DNA from: Carcharhinus longimanus
Lineage: Eukaryota
Reading direction: 5' to 3'
Assembly (NCBI GenBank): GCA_030264375.1
Contig: JASCQW010000150.1
Location: forward strand, 23,107,407 to 23,171,406
DNA length: 64,000 bases
Positions 36,509-50,800 of the stretch are shown one piece after another; position 1 is the stretch's first letter; every line of letters begins with the position of its first letter. The position numbers and the translations under genes were made by a program. The notes below the pieces were generated by a model. It worked only from the letters and a program-made list of their open reading frames with translations, was not told where the DNA came from and ran no database searches.

Positions 36509-37097
36509 AAATTACAAACACAGGAACTGAACTTTGCTGTTTTGCTCCACTGGCCTGTGCAATAAATGGTTTTAGCAAAGTTTGTAATCTCACTACTATT
36601 AGCTGCAGTTTAATCCTGTTTTTCCCAACTAACAGATCTCTTGAATATGTCACACATCCCAGCAGGTCACCAATTCAAATCACACGAACTTTTCCACAGC
36701 CAAATTACTCCACTCCAATCAGGTGACTTAAATGGTGCTTTGCAGGAAGATGAGACAGACAGCATCAGCTCCTCCCTCCCCAGAGGTGAAGATGAGCAAG
36801 AACAAAGCAGCGGGAAGATTTAAGTAACACACGTTATGAACATGAGCTGCACTTGATTTAAAAGGATGTAAAATACCATCCCGACTGTTGGATAGTCCCT
36901 GCAGCAAAGTGCTTTTAAAGATCAATCATCTACAGTGAACTTTCCTGAACTTAGTTGGAGCCGAACTGACTAAGCGCATAGCTTCAAATAAACCCATCAG
37001 AACCACAAACTTATTCAGAACGTTAAATTTAAGATGTGATTACAGCTCTTAATTTATTTAGCATTTGCCACAAACATTATGCTGCCCATATTCAACA

Positions 37098-37430
37098 AGC
37101 GGGATTTTCCGGCCGCGTTCATCCCAAAACAGGAAAATCCCACCCGAGGTCAACTGACTTTTCCATGGCCGCCCCTTACCCACTGTGATTCCCGGGCGGG
37201 CGGAACGGAAAATTTGCCCCAACATCTCTTAGATATAGGCCAGAATCTTCCGACTGTTCATACCAGTGAGATCTTATAGTCCCACAGAAGGTGCACCCCC
37301 GTCGCGGGGTTTCCCGATGGATGGGAAATTGCATCAATAGCGGCGGAACAATAAGATCCCGCTGCCAGCCCACAACGTGCTGCCTCCTGCCATGAGAAAC
37401 ATATCACGGGAAGGCCAGAAAACTTCCCTC
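37098..37430. mobile_element. Two adjacent CpG-rich MITEs
   Basis: gcgggattttccgg...cggaaaatttgcccc (~37098-37220) and ggccagaatcttccg...ggccagaaaacttccc (~37238-37430). Confidence 0.65.
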
Positions 37431-37720
37431 ATAATCTTGAAAAACAACATTTTTGTTGTTTTTCACTTGCTGACTTTAACATATCTCCTTCAGGCCTAAA
37501 CAAAGAAGACTATAGTTCATCACAATTGCTAATACTAATGGTTCATCCAAGACCGGACGATAAATATTTAGATCTAAAGGTGCCTTTTTCTGTTAAAATG
37601 ACTCGTTTATACCAACGCTCTGTTTTTATGTTTAACATCCTTAAGCAGTTAACAAGATGGTACCAGATTTGAAATGGAAATAAAACCTTTTTTAAAATAT
37701 ATACTTTATGATTACGATAT

Positions 37721-38852
37721 TGCTACAGACAGGGTTGGGAGAGAATCAAAACCTTTGCGCTCTTTCCCTTACTGTCCATAATCAGTGTATTTTTTGGAAA
37801 AGGGGGTGTGCATGTTTCTCAACCACTGAATGTTTTGTTAAGTAATCAGCAGCAAACTTCTGTGAGTTTTAATAAAGAGGATTATTTATTCACTCATTCA
37901 CCCTGAAAGTCTAAACAATATGTCATTCACTCACACACACACTTGAAGAAGATAAAGTAAAAGTGCAGTATCCTTTTGGACAAGTTGTGTGCAAAAGAAT
38001 TGCTCATAATGGTTGCCATAGAAAAAGCAGTCATTGTGGAACCATTGAAGAAGGCGTCTCCACTCCTGAAAGGTAGTCTAGATGATTTCAGTAGCTAGAA
38101 TCACATTTCAGGATTATTGCAGGATTCCATAGAAAAGATGGATGTTCGGAAGGGTGCAAAGTTGTTCTCAGTGAGTGCTCAAGTTTCTGCACTGGCAGAC
38201 TTTGAACAGGAACGGCTGGGAGATGTTTTCAAATATTACAGTCTTCAGATTTTCAAAGGCAGAGATCCTTTTTCTTTACAGTTGATGCTTCTTGCTGTGT
38301 TTCTTGGCAGACTGACCATCTCCTTTATGATTTTTGAGATAATAGATTTGCTATCTGAAGACAGTTTCCATCAGGTAACTATTTAATCAAATGCTCTATT
38401 GGCCACGCAGAATGCTTTAAAGCTTGAAGTCATTTCTATACAATGGAAAACAAATGGGGATGAGAGGAGGAGAGTAATTTCACACCCAGTTATGATAAAC
38501 TGACTCCTGCAGCTTTCTTTTGCTGATTATTAAGCTTGGAACCAGGGAGTCTTGGGAATCTCGGAGTCCATAAATTTTGAGTTGTGGGTGTGTCAACAAA
38601 TAATTTCAGGTGTAAATCCCACAGATGGGTTTTGACTGGGTATGTCCATTCAAAGGTGAAGCTCCCCTACCTATGGTTATTCAAACAGAAACTTTCCAGA
38701 GACTTGAGACAAAAATCACCTGACCTTTGGCAGCCATCTTGGCAGTCTTGTTAGTGTCAGTTTTTAAATAAAAGTCAGTTCCAGACAATATATACTGAAT
38801 ACAGTTCATGTTTAAAAGTTATGAAAAGGGCATGCCTTCACTGGTTATGGCA
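37721..38852 (-). mobile_element. Probable solo LTR (~1.13 kb)
   Basis: TG...CA ends with degenerate inverted termini tgctacagacagg / ctggttatggca; flanks atat/aaat (4-bp TSD, one mismatch); minus-strand AATAAA at ~37886. Confidence 0.5.
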
Positions 38853-39667
38853 AAATTAAATTTGAAATGTCTGCGCTGTATTTCTGTTTTGAAACATTGC
38901 CAATAATATCTGCTGGACATCAGCCATAGGGTACATTATGAACAGAGAATGAATCAAGTACGTGATGTGTTGGATTTTCAATACATCACAAAATACCATC
39001 TAGCACAGAGTTCAGAAATGGCATAACTTATGGTGTGATTGACTTTGTTTGCTGTAAGTTAGCAACTGGAAAAGTTTGTGGCTTATGTATGAACTGGTAC
39101 TTGGTCTGTATTGAATCAAATTTCCATCGAATGCAGCCCAAAATGAATTCCATCGAACATTACCATGGCATTTTGTTTCCACATTCAGTCAGATTTGTGC
39201 ATTGCAGAGACAGAGTAGATCTAGCCGAGCCATTACTTTGCCAACCTTCATGGACAATGGAACCTCCAACTCCAATCCCCCCACCCCTGGATTATACATT
39301 CCTGCTAATAAAGCATAATTATGTCCACAGGCCTTTGCATAACTGCCTGGCAATATACAATATAGCAAATGGTACAGATCTACAATGAGCTTATTGCTGA
39401 CCCCATACACCTGTGGCCCAATCATGTAATGGGGGATGGGGCGGGATTGTGCACATGTATGTGCTTGTGTCCAATTGACACTCCACATAGGGTTTGCTCT
39501 CGACCCCCAAGCTTGCAGGGCAGTGTCCACCTTGCCCAGTTTAATTGCCAAGGCACCAGTGCTGCCGGCTCACTGACTGGGCCAGCATCTTTGGGAGGCC
39601 AATTGCCATCGGCAATCAATTAGGAAGCTACCTCAGATAAAACTGCTGAGCTGGTCCTGCTGCTAAC

Positions 39668-39797
39668 GTCAGGAGGATTAGCAGAGTAAATATGTGGGGT
39701 TACGGGGACAGGGCCTGGTTGGGATTGTTGTCAGTGCAATCTTGATGGGCCAAATAGCCTCCTTCTGCACTGTAGAGATTCTATGGTCTACGGTTCT
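39668..39797 (+). mobile_element. HE1-type SINE 3' fragment
   Basis: ggattagcagagtaaatatgtggggttacggggacagggcctgg...ccttctgcactgtagagattctatg. Confidence 0.88.
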
Positions 39798-39957
39798 ATT
39801 CTAAGTACAAGCTCATGTTTCAAATTTCGTCCCCATGTCAGATCCCAAAGTCCCAGTAAATTCCTGTCTATTAATCCAGCTCTATCTAGGCCAGAGATCT
39901 TCTGCATATCAGCTGATGTTCTGCCATATAGCTATTTAACAGGTAAATACAGTGTTT

Positions 39958-40770
39958 GCTTAGTCCAGGTGGTACTACATTCTCCCTGCAGTCAGAAGGC
40001 TATGGTTTCAAATCCCAATCCAAGCGTTTCAGCCTTAAACTAGACAGACTTTAGTGCAGGACTAATGTCATGTGATATTTTCAGAGTTGCCATTTGGAAG
40101 AGATGTTAAACTAAAACCTATCAGCCATTTAACAGGCATTCAGGAGATCTCTTGGCATATTCAAAGAGCAGTACGTTTTCCTGATGTTCTGATCGCCATC
40201 CCTTCCTCCACACTAAAAACAGATGAAAGAATTATTCATCTCACTTGATGCTTGTGAGACCTGGGTTTGGATATTCACTACATGGCAGAAGTCCCAGAAA
40301 TGGACAAATATTCTAAGTCCTGTTCCCAAACTTGTATTTCTCATTTTCTTGGGGAGTGGAAGTGGAGCTGGGCAGGGAGTGTGGAATTCAGAATACAGCG
40401 GTAAAAGGAGGTTGGAATGCTTTTGATTTTATTATTATCTTTTATTTATTTAAACACAGTGCCAGGACACAGAGGCAAGCCTTGTGCCCAGCCCATCTCA
40501 GCACCCAGCAACCTGCAAATTCACGTCAGGGTGGTCTGCTCTGAGTCCTGATTCCTCTTGGCCAAAAATCTGACCTACAGGCAGACATTTTTAAAGATTG
40601 AGTTTACTGAGCTGGGAAATGTCTTGACTCAATGCTCCCAACCTGGGACGAAGATTTGGACCCTTGTAAGTGCAAAGCAATTATCATTTTTACCTACCTG
40701 AAACCAATGACTGTACTTGAATATTTACTGATTATATATTAAATAGTTGGAGAATGCCAGCTATAAATGG
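39958..40770 (+). mobile_element. Old DeuSINE-like fossil split by a TIR element
   Basis: gtcagaaggctatggtttcaaatccc (B-box), gaagagatgttaaactaaaacc...gatctcttggcatattcaaagagcag (Deu-domain-like). Confidence 0.6.
40263..40663. mobile_element. Non-autonomous TIR element
   Basis: gggtttggatattc ... gaagatttggaccc degenerate TIRs; splits the DeuSINE. Confidence 0.55.
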
Positions 40771-40994
40771 CATTACAATATGCACCATGATGCAGCATGG
40801 CCATTCATAATTTCTGAATAAATACTGTAGCAATGTAAGCAGATTTGTGGTATATCAGCAGTAACTGCAAAACAGTTTGATACGCAACATTTATGTTGGG
40901 CTTTGGTGAGAATATACCCAAAGTAATGCATACAGTTTTGATCTCCATATCTAAGGAAGGATATATATGCTTTGACAGAAAGACTAAAAGGCCA

Positions 40995-42729
40995 CAACAG
41001 TATTCCAGCAATAGCACTAAAGACTTGTGCTCCAGAACTTGCAGCGCCCCTAGCCAAGACCTCTCAGTATAGCTAGAACAATGGCATCTATCCAGCAACG
41101 TGAAAAATTGCCCAGGTATGTCCTGTACACAAAAAGCAAGACAAATCCATCCCAGACAATTACTGCTCCATCAGACTACTCTCAATCATCGGTAAAGTGA
41201 TGGAAGGGGTCGCCAACAGTGCTATCAAGTGACACTTGCTAAGTAATACCCCGCTTACTAATGCTCAGTTTGACTGCATGCAGCATCAAGGAGCCCTAGC
41301 AAAACTGGAGTCAATAGGAATCAAGGGGAAAACTCTCTGCTGTTTGGAGTCATACCCAGCACAAAGGAAGATGTTTGGGGTTGCTGGAGGTCAATCATCT
41401 CAGCTTCAGGACATTATTGTCATTCAGTTCCTCAGGATACTGTCCTAGGTCCAACCATCTTTAGCTGCTTCATCAATGACCTTCCTTCTATCATAAGGCC
41501 AGAAGTGAGGTTGTTGGCTGGTGATTGCACAATGTTCAGCACCATTCATGATTCTTAATATGTCCAAATGCAACAAAACTTGGACAATATCCAGTACTGA
41601 GCTGTCAAGTGGCAAGTAACATTCATGCCACACAAATGCCAGGTAAGGACCATTTCCAATAAATGAGAAACTATCTGCCCTTGACATTCAACAGCACTAA
41701 CATCCCTGAATCACCCAATACCAACACCTTGGGGGGTTACTATTGACCAGAAACTGACTTGGACTAGCCATATAAATACTGGGTGGAATTCTCCCAAAAA
41801 GACTTTTAAGTGCCGAATTCCTGTAAAAACTGGAGTAAATCCTGCTGCTTTTTTCAGTGAGATTTTCAAAATAAATCTCCCACATTCTATGCATCACAGA
41901 GAGCCTGAATGTGAATCTTGATAAAAAATCTGTGGGCCGGGCCTATCCCCACTGGACAGGCTGGCAGCATATCGCTGAGCAGGCCACTGCATGCGCTGAT
42001 CTGCCATGGCGGAGATTTCTGGCACAGAGCTGACAACGCCAGAAATCCAGCGACTGGAGACATAGAGGCCGTTGCGCCCAGCAGGAAGCCCACCACACAG
42101 CCTCTGTTTCTGCTTCCTGGGAGAACCACCCTCACTATTGCTACAAGAACAGGTCAGAGGTTTGGAATCCTGTGGCGAGTAACAAGCCTCTTGACTCCCC
42201 AAAGTCTGTCAACCAGCCACAAGGCACAAATCAACTGTGTGATGGAATACTCTCCATTTTCCAGTATGAATGCAACTCCAGTAACGTTCAAGCAGCTCGA
42301 ATCACTCCAGGACTGAAAAGCCCACCTGATTCCACACCATCCACAAACATTCACTCCTTTTACCACTGATGTACAATAGCAGCAGTTTGTACCATCTACA
42401 AGATGCAGTGCAGGAATTCACCAAGGCTTCTTAGAAAGCACCTTTCAAACCCATGGTCACTATCACCTAGAAGGATAAGTACAGCATCACATTGGAAAAC
42501 CACTCTTTCAAGCCACTCACCATCCTAACTTGGAAATATACTGCCATTCCTTCACTGTTGGGTCAAAGTCCTGGAATTCCCTCCCTAACTGCAGTATGAG
42601 TGCACCTACAACAAATGGATTCCAGTGGTTCAAGAAGACAGCTCACCACTACTCCTCAAGTACAATTAGTGCTGGGCAATAAATGCTGGCTAAGCCAGTG
42701 ATATCCACATACCTTAAATGAAAAAAAAA
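40995..42729 (+). mobile_element. CR1/L2-clade LINE (second family), RT to 3' end, split by a MITE
   Basis: PAIALKTCAPELAAPLAK...KIAQVCPVHKKQDKS.PDNYCSIRLLSIIGKVMEG, PQD.VLGPTIFSCFINDL, WQVTFMPHKCQ; tail gggcaataaatgctggc...aatgaaaaaaaaa. Confidence 0.9.
41781..42131. mobile_element. MITE/non-autonomous TIR element inside a LINE
   Basis: gggtggaattctccc ... gggagaaccaccc; host LINE is colinear on both sides (ccatataaatact | attgctacaagaacagg). Confidence 0.8.
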
Positions 42730-43229
42730 CTCTCATCTTCTTATGTTCTCTTAGGTGCCATCTATAGTTGGGTCATCTCCTTCTTTTGGAGTAGAGTTGT
42801 TGTCTAATATTGGCCTTTTTCTTGAGATATATCATTGTGCTACATTTGTTGCTAAGTCATATAGATTCTATATACAGATCTCTTCCTTGGTTACCACAAC
42901 TGCCAGGCACACTGTACTGCTTTATGGTGACATAACGTCCCAAACAGTATATGCACAGTCCTCTGCTTTTGCACATATCAAACGAGAGGTTCAGGTGTTA
43001 TGCCATCCAAACAGTTGTTTACAGATTAAATTCCTTTCCTCTGTGCTTATTTTGTCTGTCACTGTTTCTTGGCCGCTACTTTATTTGCCCAGTTAATGGC
43101 TCTGGGTGTTTGTCAAGGATACTCATTAGGACAGTCTCAGAAAGTCTCAAGACCTCAACCCAGCAGGACATTATCAAGAATCATTGCAATCCTTTGGCAC
43201 TGGGAACAAGAGAGTTGTCCTCATAAGAT

Positions 43230-44300
43230 GTACTGCACTTGTAAAGCTCCAGTAAAGTCTCAGGTTGATAGAAGGCTGTCACAGAAGATAAAAGCAGTGA
43301 GAATTCAAAAATAAACCTTGAATTTGATAATCAACTGGCAGAGAGAAAGAACACAGTTATTGCTTGTTAGGGGAATAATCTCAGGGCGAGGGGGAGGTAT
43401 AGAGTTGAGTGTCCCAAGAATCAGTATTGAAGCCTGTATTATTTCTAAATTGAGTCAGTTGCTTGAATTCAGAAGTTCTGTGAAATTGGTTACATTTGTT
43501 AATACGGCCTGAACTGGGGGAAGGGCGAAAAATCTGCGGCAAGGTCAGAAGTACGAAAATGGATGCAACAGTGGCAGGTGAAATTTAATACAGGTAATGT
43601 AAGGAATACTGCAAGGAAAAATCAGTTCCAAAAGTACTCTGTGGGTGGTGCAGAACTAATTAAAGGTGAAAATGAAAGAAAGCTGGTGGTAACAACAGAT
43701 CTGGAACTTAACATCTCAAATAACTCTGCAGCAGGAATAAACAAAGTGAATCAAAAGCTAAACTATATCGCTCACCAGTCAGATACAAGCCAGAGAGGGT
43801 TTCTTTTGCTGAAAATATTCAGTGATCTATTTCGACTGCACTCTGAGCCTATCTCACGTTCCAGTCAGTAAGACAGAAAAAAGATATTCAACTCCTTATT
43901 AATCGGCAGTGGGGAACAATGAGGGCAGCCCTCACTATCAGGGCAGGCAGAGTCCTCAGACTCTGAGGAGTCTGTAATAAACATAAGACTGCAGAAACTT
44001 AGGATCCTCAGCATTGAGCAGGGAGTTCAAGATGCAAAACATTAAATCGGTATAGAAGTCAAAAACTGGGGTTCTACTTTTAAAGTGTTCCATGGCAGTA
44101 GAACGAGTGACAAAAGCTAAAGCTGGCACCAGATTCATTTTGAGCCAATTTTTTTTTCAGTCTTCCAGCAAAAAGTATGACACCAGTGAACTTGCGACAT
44201 AGGGAATGAAGAATGAAAATTGTTTTAAAAACAAGTATGAGATTTAACAAGTAACAGAAACTTTCTCTAAAAAGCCATGATGGTAGAATTAACAGATTAG
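43230..44300 (+). mobile_element. Ancient CR1 ORF2 C-terminal remnant
   Basis: WQVKFNTG...ENERKLVV..D..LN.S.....GINKVNQKL.YI and ...FRLHSE remnants. Confidence 0.7.
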
Positions 44301-45856
44301 CTTTCATGAATTGAGTAACCGTATCTTACATTGAGTTGTAATTAAAAATATTCATCTGATGGAAAACGTTACTAAAAACAGTTTTCATAAAAATTAATGA
44401 GTAATAGAGAACCAGGATGCTTGGAAGGCAGTGTGTGTGTGAAATCAGAAGACTGTGGTGATATCTGTTTATAATTTGCAAAGATAGTCTGACTAACCCC
44501 ATTGAAATAATCCAGAAGTTTTTTTGTGTTCTCCGTGTTCTAATTAGCAAATCATTCATCCGGATTCTATTGCAAACAGACCTTGCAAGTACATTTTTAA
44601 GCCAATTCCTTCATTGTGGGTAAAATAGCCCCTTGGCCCTGGTGCATGTACATTTTCCACATTCACAGGGAATGTTATAGAAATGGGTGGGCAAGGATTA
44701 GTTAATACACCAGCTCTGAAACGGGTTCTGCTAATTCCTTGCAGGAAAGTGTCAGGAGCAAATCTGTCAAGAGCTTCCTACTGGAACATCTGGATCAGAG
44801 GAAAGTTTCCATTTGTGGGGCTGGGGGGAACCCTACTATCAGTCAATGGAGGAGGTAGCCAACAAAATAAAGAGTCTCCCATGGACATTGGTCAGGGCAG
44901 TGTTGAGGAAGAAGTTACATGGCTTATGAAAGAGCACTAAAATCCAAATAAATTGCATGCCTTACCCTGTTCGAGTACTAAGCATCAATGGTGACACATC
45001 AGCAATGCAACATAGCAAGCTGTTTCAATCTCTCACATCACGGACTTCCAAAACAAGCATGTCTACAAAGTTTTAGCATCAATGTGAGAACAGCAAAAAC
45101 AAATGGTCCTATACAGCATTCATACGAGCATCTTCTGTCTGCTGTTTTTAGCATTAAGCCATTAACTTAAAATAGTCAAGGCTATTCTGAAGCAGCAAAT
45201 TAAATGTCATAGTCTAATATTGGAAACTGTAATTTCAAGGCATGAACGTATGTGTGAAATCTTACCAGCTCTTGATATTTTCAGGTGTCGGGACAATTTG
45301 TGAGTCCTGACCACACGTGGGTCAGAGGTGTGCCATGTGCCAACATGTCCCAGAAAGCCACCTCCATATTCATTATTCAATAAAGGATGGCCTTATTTCT
45401 AGGACAGCTTGTGGGAGACTGGGTCTGGGAGTCTCTACTTGTCTTTACCCCTTTATTTCTTTTGTATGAGTATGCATATTATGACCGTTGGCCACCAGAA
45501 GCAGTTACCATCACCAGCATCCACTTTCTCCCCCACTCGCCAACCCTCTGTCCTATGATTGAAATGTCCCTTTATTTAATAACTGTTGGTCATCCTGCAG
45601 GACACAAGAGGCCCAATGGGAGGGCCTGTAGGATTAGTTGGCTGGCAGTCCCACTGAAAGAGATTGACACAGAGCAAAAATGAGACACTTTTGAAAGGCT
45701 GAGAAAAGTTTATTAAAAAATTAAGGCATGAAACTATCATAGCTAGAATTATGGAGGCAGAACCTCTGAACAAGAATATTTTGGCCATGACTGCCCGTGT
45801 TCCAACTAGATGGCTTTATGACAGTGCTACACAGACTCCAAGGTATCACTAGACTT

Positions 45857-46135
45857 GGGCTTAGCACTGCTACCTTATAGCGCCAGGGACCCAGGTTCAA
45901 TTCTCAGCTTGGGTCCTTATCTGTGAGGAGTCTGCATGTTCTCCCTGTATCTGCATGGGTTTCCTCGCTCTGAAAGGTGAGCTGGTTAGGTGCATTGACC
46001 ATGCTAAATTCTCCCTCAGTGCACCCAAACAGGCGGCAGAATGTGGTGACCAGGGGATTTGTACAGTAACTGCATTACAGTGTTAATGTAAACCTACTTG
46101 TGACACTAATAAATAAACTTTAAACTTTAAAACTT
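45857..46135 (+). mobile_element. V-SINE with alternative tail
   Basis: Tail ggggatttgtacagtaactgcattacagtgttaatgtaaacctacttgtgacactaataaataaactttaaacttt. Confidence 0.9.
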
Positions 46136-47699
46136 CCACAACGAGGTCACCTCTGATGCTCCGCCAGTCTCCTGACAGAGCGTGGAGCCCATCAATCTAC
46201 AGAGTATCTCTTGGTGGTGGGAAGAGTCTGCGAGTTGATCCAAAGTGAACGTTCCAAATGTCAGCCCCCTCCGCCTCCCTTCCAAACCACCTCTGTGGGG
46301 AAGGTACAAATCTGCCCTTTGTTTCTTTTGATAATGAAGCATAAAAATCTAGAAACGGTAGGAGTGAATCCAACAGGAAAGGACAGGGTTAAGTTCCAAC
46401 TTGTTTGATGTTCAGGAATTCTTAAACAGACAAGAGCTTGTGAGGTATCTTGGCTAGAGATTATCAAATAAGGAATTACACATTGTCTTAAAAATTAATA
46501 TTAAAAGCAAAAATCAAATTCCTGCTTACTTTGATGTTCAGGTACAAGGGTTTAATAAATAAGATATAAAAAATAGAGTATGTATTTATAGATCGCTTCA
46601 CAGGATATGACAGAAGAAACCAAGAAAACATCTAATTAACACGAACCAGAACAAATGAAGCAACTCATTTACTAAGGGAGACAGAGAGACAGAAGTGATC
46701 TGTAAAAGGATTAAAGTTTAATTCCACCGTGCAATAATTTCTGGGACTAAAACATTTGTATGACATTTAATTAATACCATAGACTTAAACAGCACCTAAG
46801 AATGTAGCTGAATGCAGCTAAGACTGTGAGACTGCAATGCTTCACTGAATTGCATCATTTTAAGGTGAAAAACCTTGTGACACCTCGGGCCCTCTTGAAA
46901 CCTTCTTTTTGTTTGCAAGAAAAAAATATTATTGTCAACAGTAGACCCAACCTCCCACCATCACAAATTTACAATCTGACAGGTCTGGTAAAGGGGAGTT
47001 ACGCACTATCTTATCAACATATGGAAAACAAAAGGTTAACATGAGACATCTCTACTATAGAAAAGGAAAGGCCTATCATACTGATATTTCACAAAAGTAT
47101 GTGACACTCTGATCAGAAAGGATCTTTGTCATTTGAGTTATAAGTGACCCATTTACCAAGTTATTTTTTACNNNNNNNNNNCACACATTCTTGGCTTCTC
47201 TGAATGACAAAGGATATCAAACGTCATAGTTCAAGCTAAAGCGAGAATCAAACTTATTTGAAAGATCTGTAATTATGCAAACTAGAAGTAAAACAACACT
47301 AGTCCTTAATGCATACAATAACCATTTCACAAACAAGTGCCCAGACTTGTCCTTAATGATCATAACATTGATGTTTCTTCACTTCAACATGTCACCTCAC
47401 TTCTCCAAAAAGGCCTTTAACAATCCAGATCAAAGCAATTCGTATCTACCAAGCATGTGACTATGTATTAAATCAATTTTAATTTCTCAGGAAATTACAA
47501 GGATGAGCTGCAGACTGCTGACATTTGGAAAGGTTTTCTTATCTCTTAAAATCTGACTTGGATGTGAAATTACTTGGCGTCCAGAATACCTTTTAATGAC
47601 CATTATGGGCCTGTTATCTTCACGTACACCTTACATTTTAATTTCAGGAGAGAATTCCTCTTGCAGTTCAGAAATTACTTCTTTCTAGAAGACCTTTGT

Positions 47700-47871
47700 G
47701 GGGGTAATTTTCTCTCCTGATGGGTGTGGAAATTTTGTGGCAGTGGACCAACTGCTTGTTATACACCCTGTTCAATCTGTCTTTCAATTTTAGTCAATGA
47801 GTAGGACATGTAATGAGTGCATGATCTGCAACCACCAGATTACCACTCATGCTGAAAGTGAAAATGACCCT
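47700..47871. mobile_element. Old MITE
   Basis: ggggtaattttc ... gaaaatgaccc TIRs. Confidence 0.6.
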
Positions 47872-50800
47872 CAAATGTCTAGACAGAATTGCTTAGATCA
47901 CTCAAAGGCAAAAATGTCCTTACGGATAAGACTATTATGTTGCTTCAAAAGTCTTCTGTCCTGACTAAACTTACATATAAAGGAGATATAGCAAAAAAAC
48001 ACAGGGTTTAATTCAAAATGTAGCCTTGCTCGTGTCACCTTATTTGCTGCTGTGCTCTTGTCAGTTAAAGTTATTGTAATGGTTGTGATAAGTCCTTTGT
48101 TAACCATGTTATCTTTGGCTGTGTAGAGTTTGGAAAATAATTTCAGAGATACGTATTAACATCCATTTCTTTCTCCCTGCTAAGCAAAGAATTAAATGGT
48201 TTCCAACCAAAATTACATTCTATTTAGGGTAACAGAAAATGTGACGTTTTTAACATGCATTATTCATAGTTGTATCTCGCAGAATTAAAATTAACCCAAT
48301 GTTTGCACTCTGAATGACGAGAAGGTGACCTGAAGCTTTACCGATCAGTTCTGTTTTTTTGTTGGCGATAGATGACAGAGAAACAAATATTAAAATACCA
48401 GTCTCACCTCTATCACACATTCTTTCTTCTTCTTATTCTTTAGTCTATTTGTATTTTCTCTTACGATCCCTACAGCTTAGATTTTCAACTTATTAACAAT
48501 GTCTGCCAATGTATCACAAATTGAACAGGAACATTGCTTGAGGTTTGAATAACTTTTTTCCAATTGTGCACACTGCACATCTGTTGCCAGTTTCACATAC
48601 AAAGGGCTTTCCCTCAGAAAACGGAGGTTAATTTTCTTTTTCTTTTGGTATTTTAACTTCTGTTTGATGAATGATTGGGTGGCCCTGCCAGCCAGATTTA
48701 AGGTCTGTTAGTNNNNNNNNNNNNNNNNNNNNNNNNNNNNNNNNNNNNNNNNNNNNNNNNNNNNNNNNNNNNNNNNNNNNNNNNNNNNNNNNNNNNNNNN
48801 NNNNNNNNNNNNCCAAGCAATATTCCTCCTCCAGATTCTGCAGTCAGCAAACCTCCTTTCTGCCTTGCTGGTCACAGCAAACCAATTCAGAAGATTGATT
48901 ACCTTAATACCGCTGTGGTTTTGACTTTGAACCATGACCTTTCCATATAATCCAAGGTTAGGAGCTACCAACCACGACAAGCATGAGGGAACAGCAATAC
49001 TCATCAAAGGAACATAATGATCATTAATTAACACAGACCCATATTTTTCCACAGAAAGGGCTTTCTAACTAGGACGCAAGTAGCAGGGAAATGTCATAGG
49101 GACCTTCAGCATATTTATTAATTGATGCTAAAGGCCTTCCACAGTTTTCAACATTGTTCACACTCTCTCTGTTGCATTTCACAGTGCATCGTGCTGGAAT
49201 CCCTTTCAGCAATCACACAGCTCAGCATGCTTGGCTTTCTTAGCTATTCTTTTATTAGAATTGCAGAGATAATTTTCTTTCAGACATCACAGACAGGGAA
49301 CAGTGATCCTATTGTCTGAAACTGTGTCCACATAGAGCTTATGCTATTAACCCTTACCATTCATAGAAAGACATGATCCTAAACAAGTGCTTTATCATGA
49401 TGCTTCCATGTTCAAGCTTGAACACCACTCACAACCCAACAGCACTCTGTATCCACCTTATATTTAGTCTACATGTCATCTGCAATACTTGTATTTTTGA
49501 GTGTAAGGATAAGTGAGGAATTTGCAATCACTCATGGGAGTGTGCAAGCAATTCTGTGATGTTAGGACAACAGAATGTGTTTAGTAACAGCCATTTATAT
49601 TCTCAAAAAAACTATATAAACATATTCTTTTTGTTGACAACAGCAATTTACAAAAATTTGATTTGTGATAACTGGTCTATAAACCTCACCTTGAGAGCAT
49701 GATACCAGAAACATTTACTCTGGAACAACTTATCAATGTATGTTTTGACATTGAGATATTAAGTTGAGTAAAATGTGTCATTATTGGAAAAATATGCTAC
49801 TTCTCATACTTACTGCCATTCACCCTTAGTGCTCAAACAGTAAAGAGCAAAGCCTCAGGTTAATGGTGCACATTATCTTGCTTGCATGGCTGAGTTCTAG
49901 ATCAAGACAATGCAAACTTAGATCAAAGGTTTGATATCATAGTGGTTATTATATTGCTGCATAATCTTTTGAATCTGGAACCCAAATATTTGCAGGGATG
50001 GATTTAGTCAAAGTGGCACCAGAGCCCCAATTGCCCCTGAACCCAGCATCCACCATAAAATGGGAAGAGAAAGGGGCAGGTTGTACTTTATCTATTCATG
50101 GTTCATGGAGGCAGCTACATTTGGAAAAGTGCAGCCTCCTTCAGACAGATGCAATTTTCATTAGTGGATTGCAGAAACATAATTTCTTGGCTCCATTGTA
50201 CTGTGACTATTTACAATTTCAATAGCTGTCTGTTGACATTAGCCAGAGGTCATCAATACAGAATGAGTGCCACTAGACTGATTACAGAACCTTTCACTAA
50301 CACTGGGGAGGTGGAACATTTGTAGTTTGATTGACAACTCCAAGTGGCTATGAAGTCTCAGGTCTAGGGCTCTGAATACAAACGGTTATTTTAAGTAGGG
50401 ATTAAGTATGTTAGTGTATTTAATGTCATTTTTTAAAATCAATGACATTGTTTTATTTAAAATGGTGGTCATCAATAGACACATTATTTTAATTTCTTTA
50501 ATCTAAGCATGGCTCCTGAGGTCTACCCTTGGTAGATATGGGTAAATTGGCATGGAAGGTGTAATGACAAAAGGTGGCCATGGCGGTGTCTAATGTGACA
50601 TAGTTGGCATTGGTGGGCCATAGAGAATGCGGGGAGGTGAGGTGAGAAGGTGAGATCTGGAGAGGCCGTTTATTTTATTTTGTTTTATAGCTGGGACAAA
50701 ATCCTAGATCACCATGTCAGGCCCCTCACACAATCTGCCTCTGAACCCAGTAAGACCAACAGCAACAACCTCTCCCACTCTGTGTTCCCAACACGGCATG

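Noticed and set aside
36636-36823. Plus-strand acceptor followed by a 60-aa acidic ORF (possible terminal exon)
   Set aside because: No recognisable homology, no upstream partner exons found and no nearby poly(A) signal; not supportable.
48107-48135. miR-9-like word gttatctttgg
   Set aside because: Only 11 nt match; the mature miR-9 sequence and the star arm are absent.
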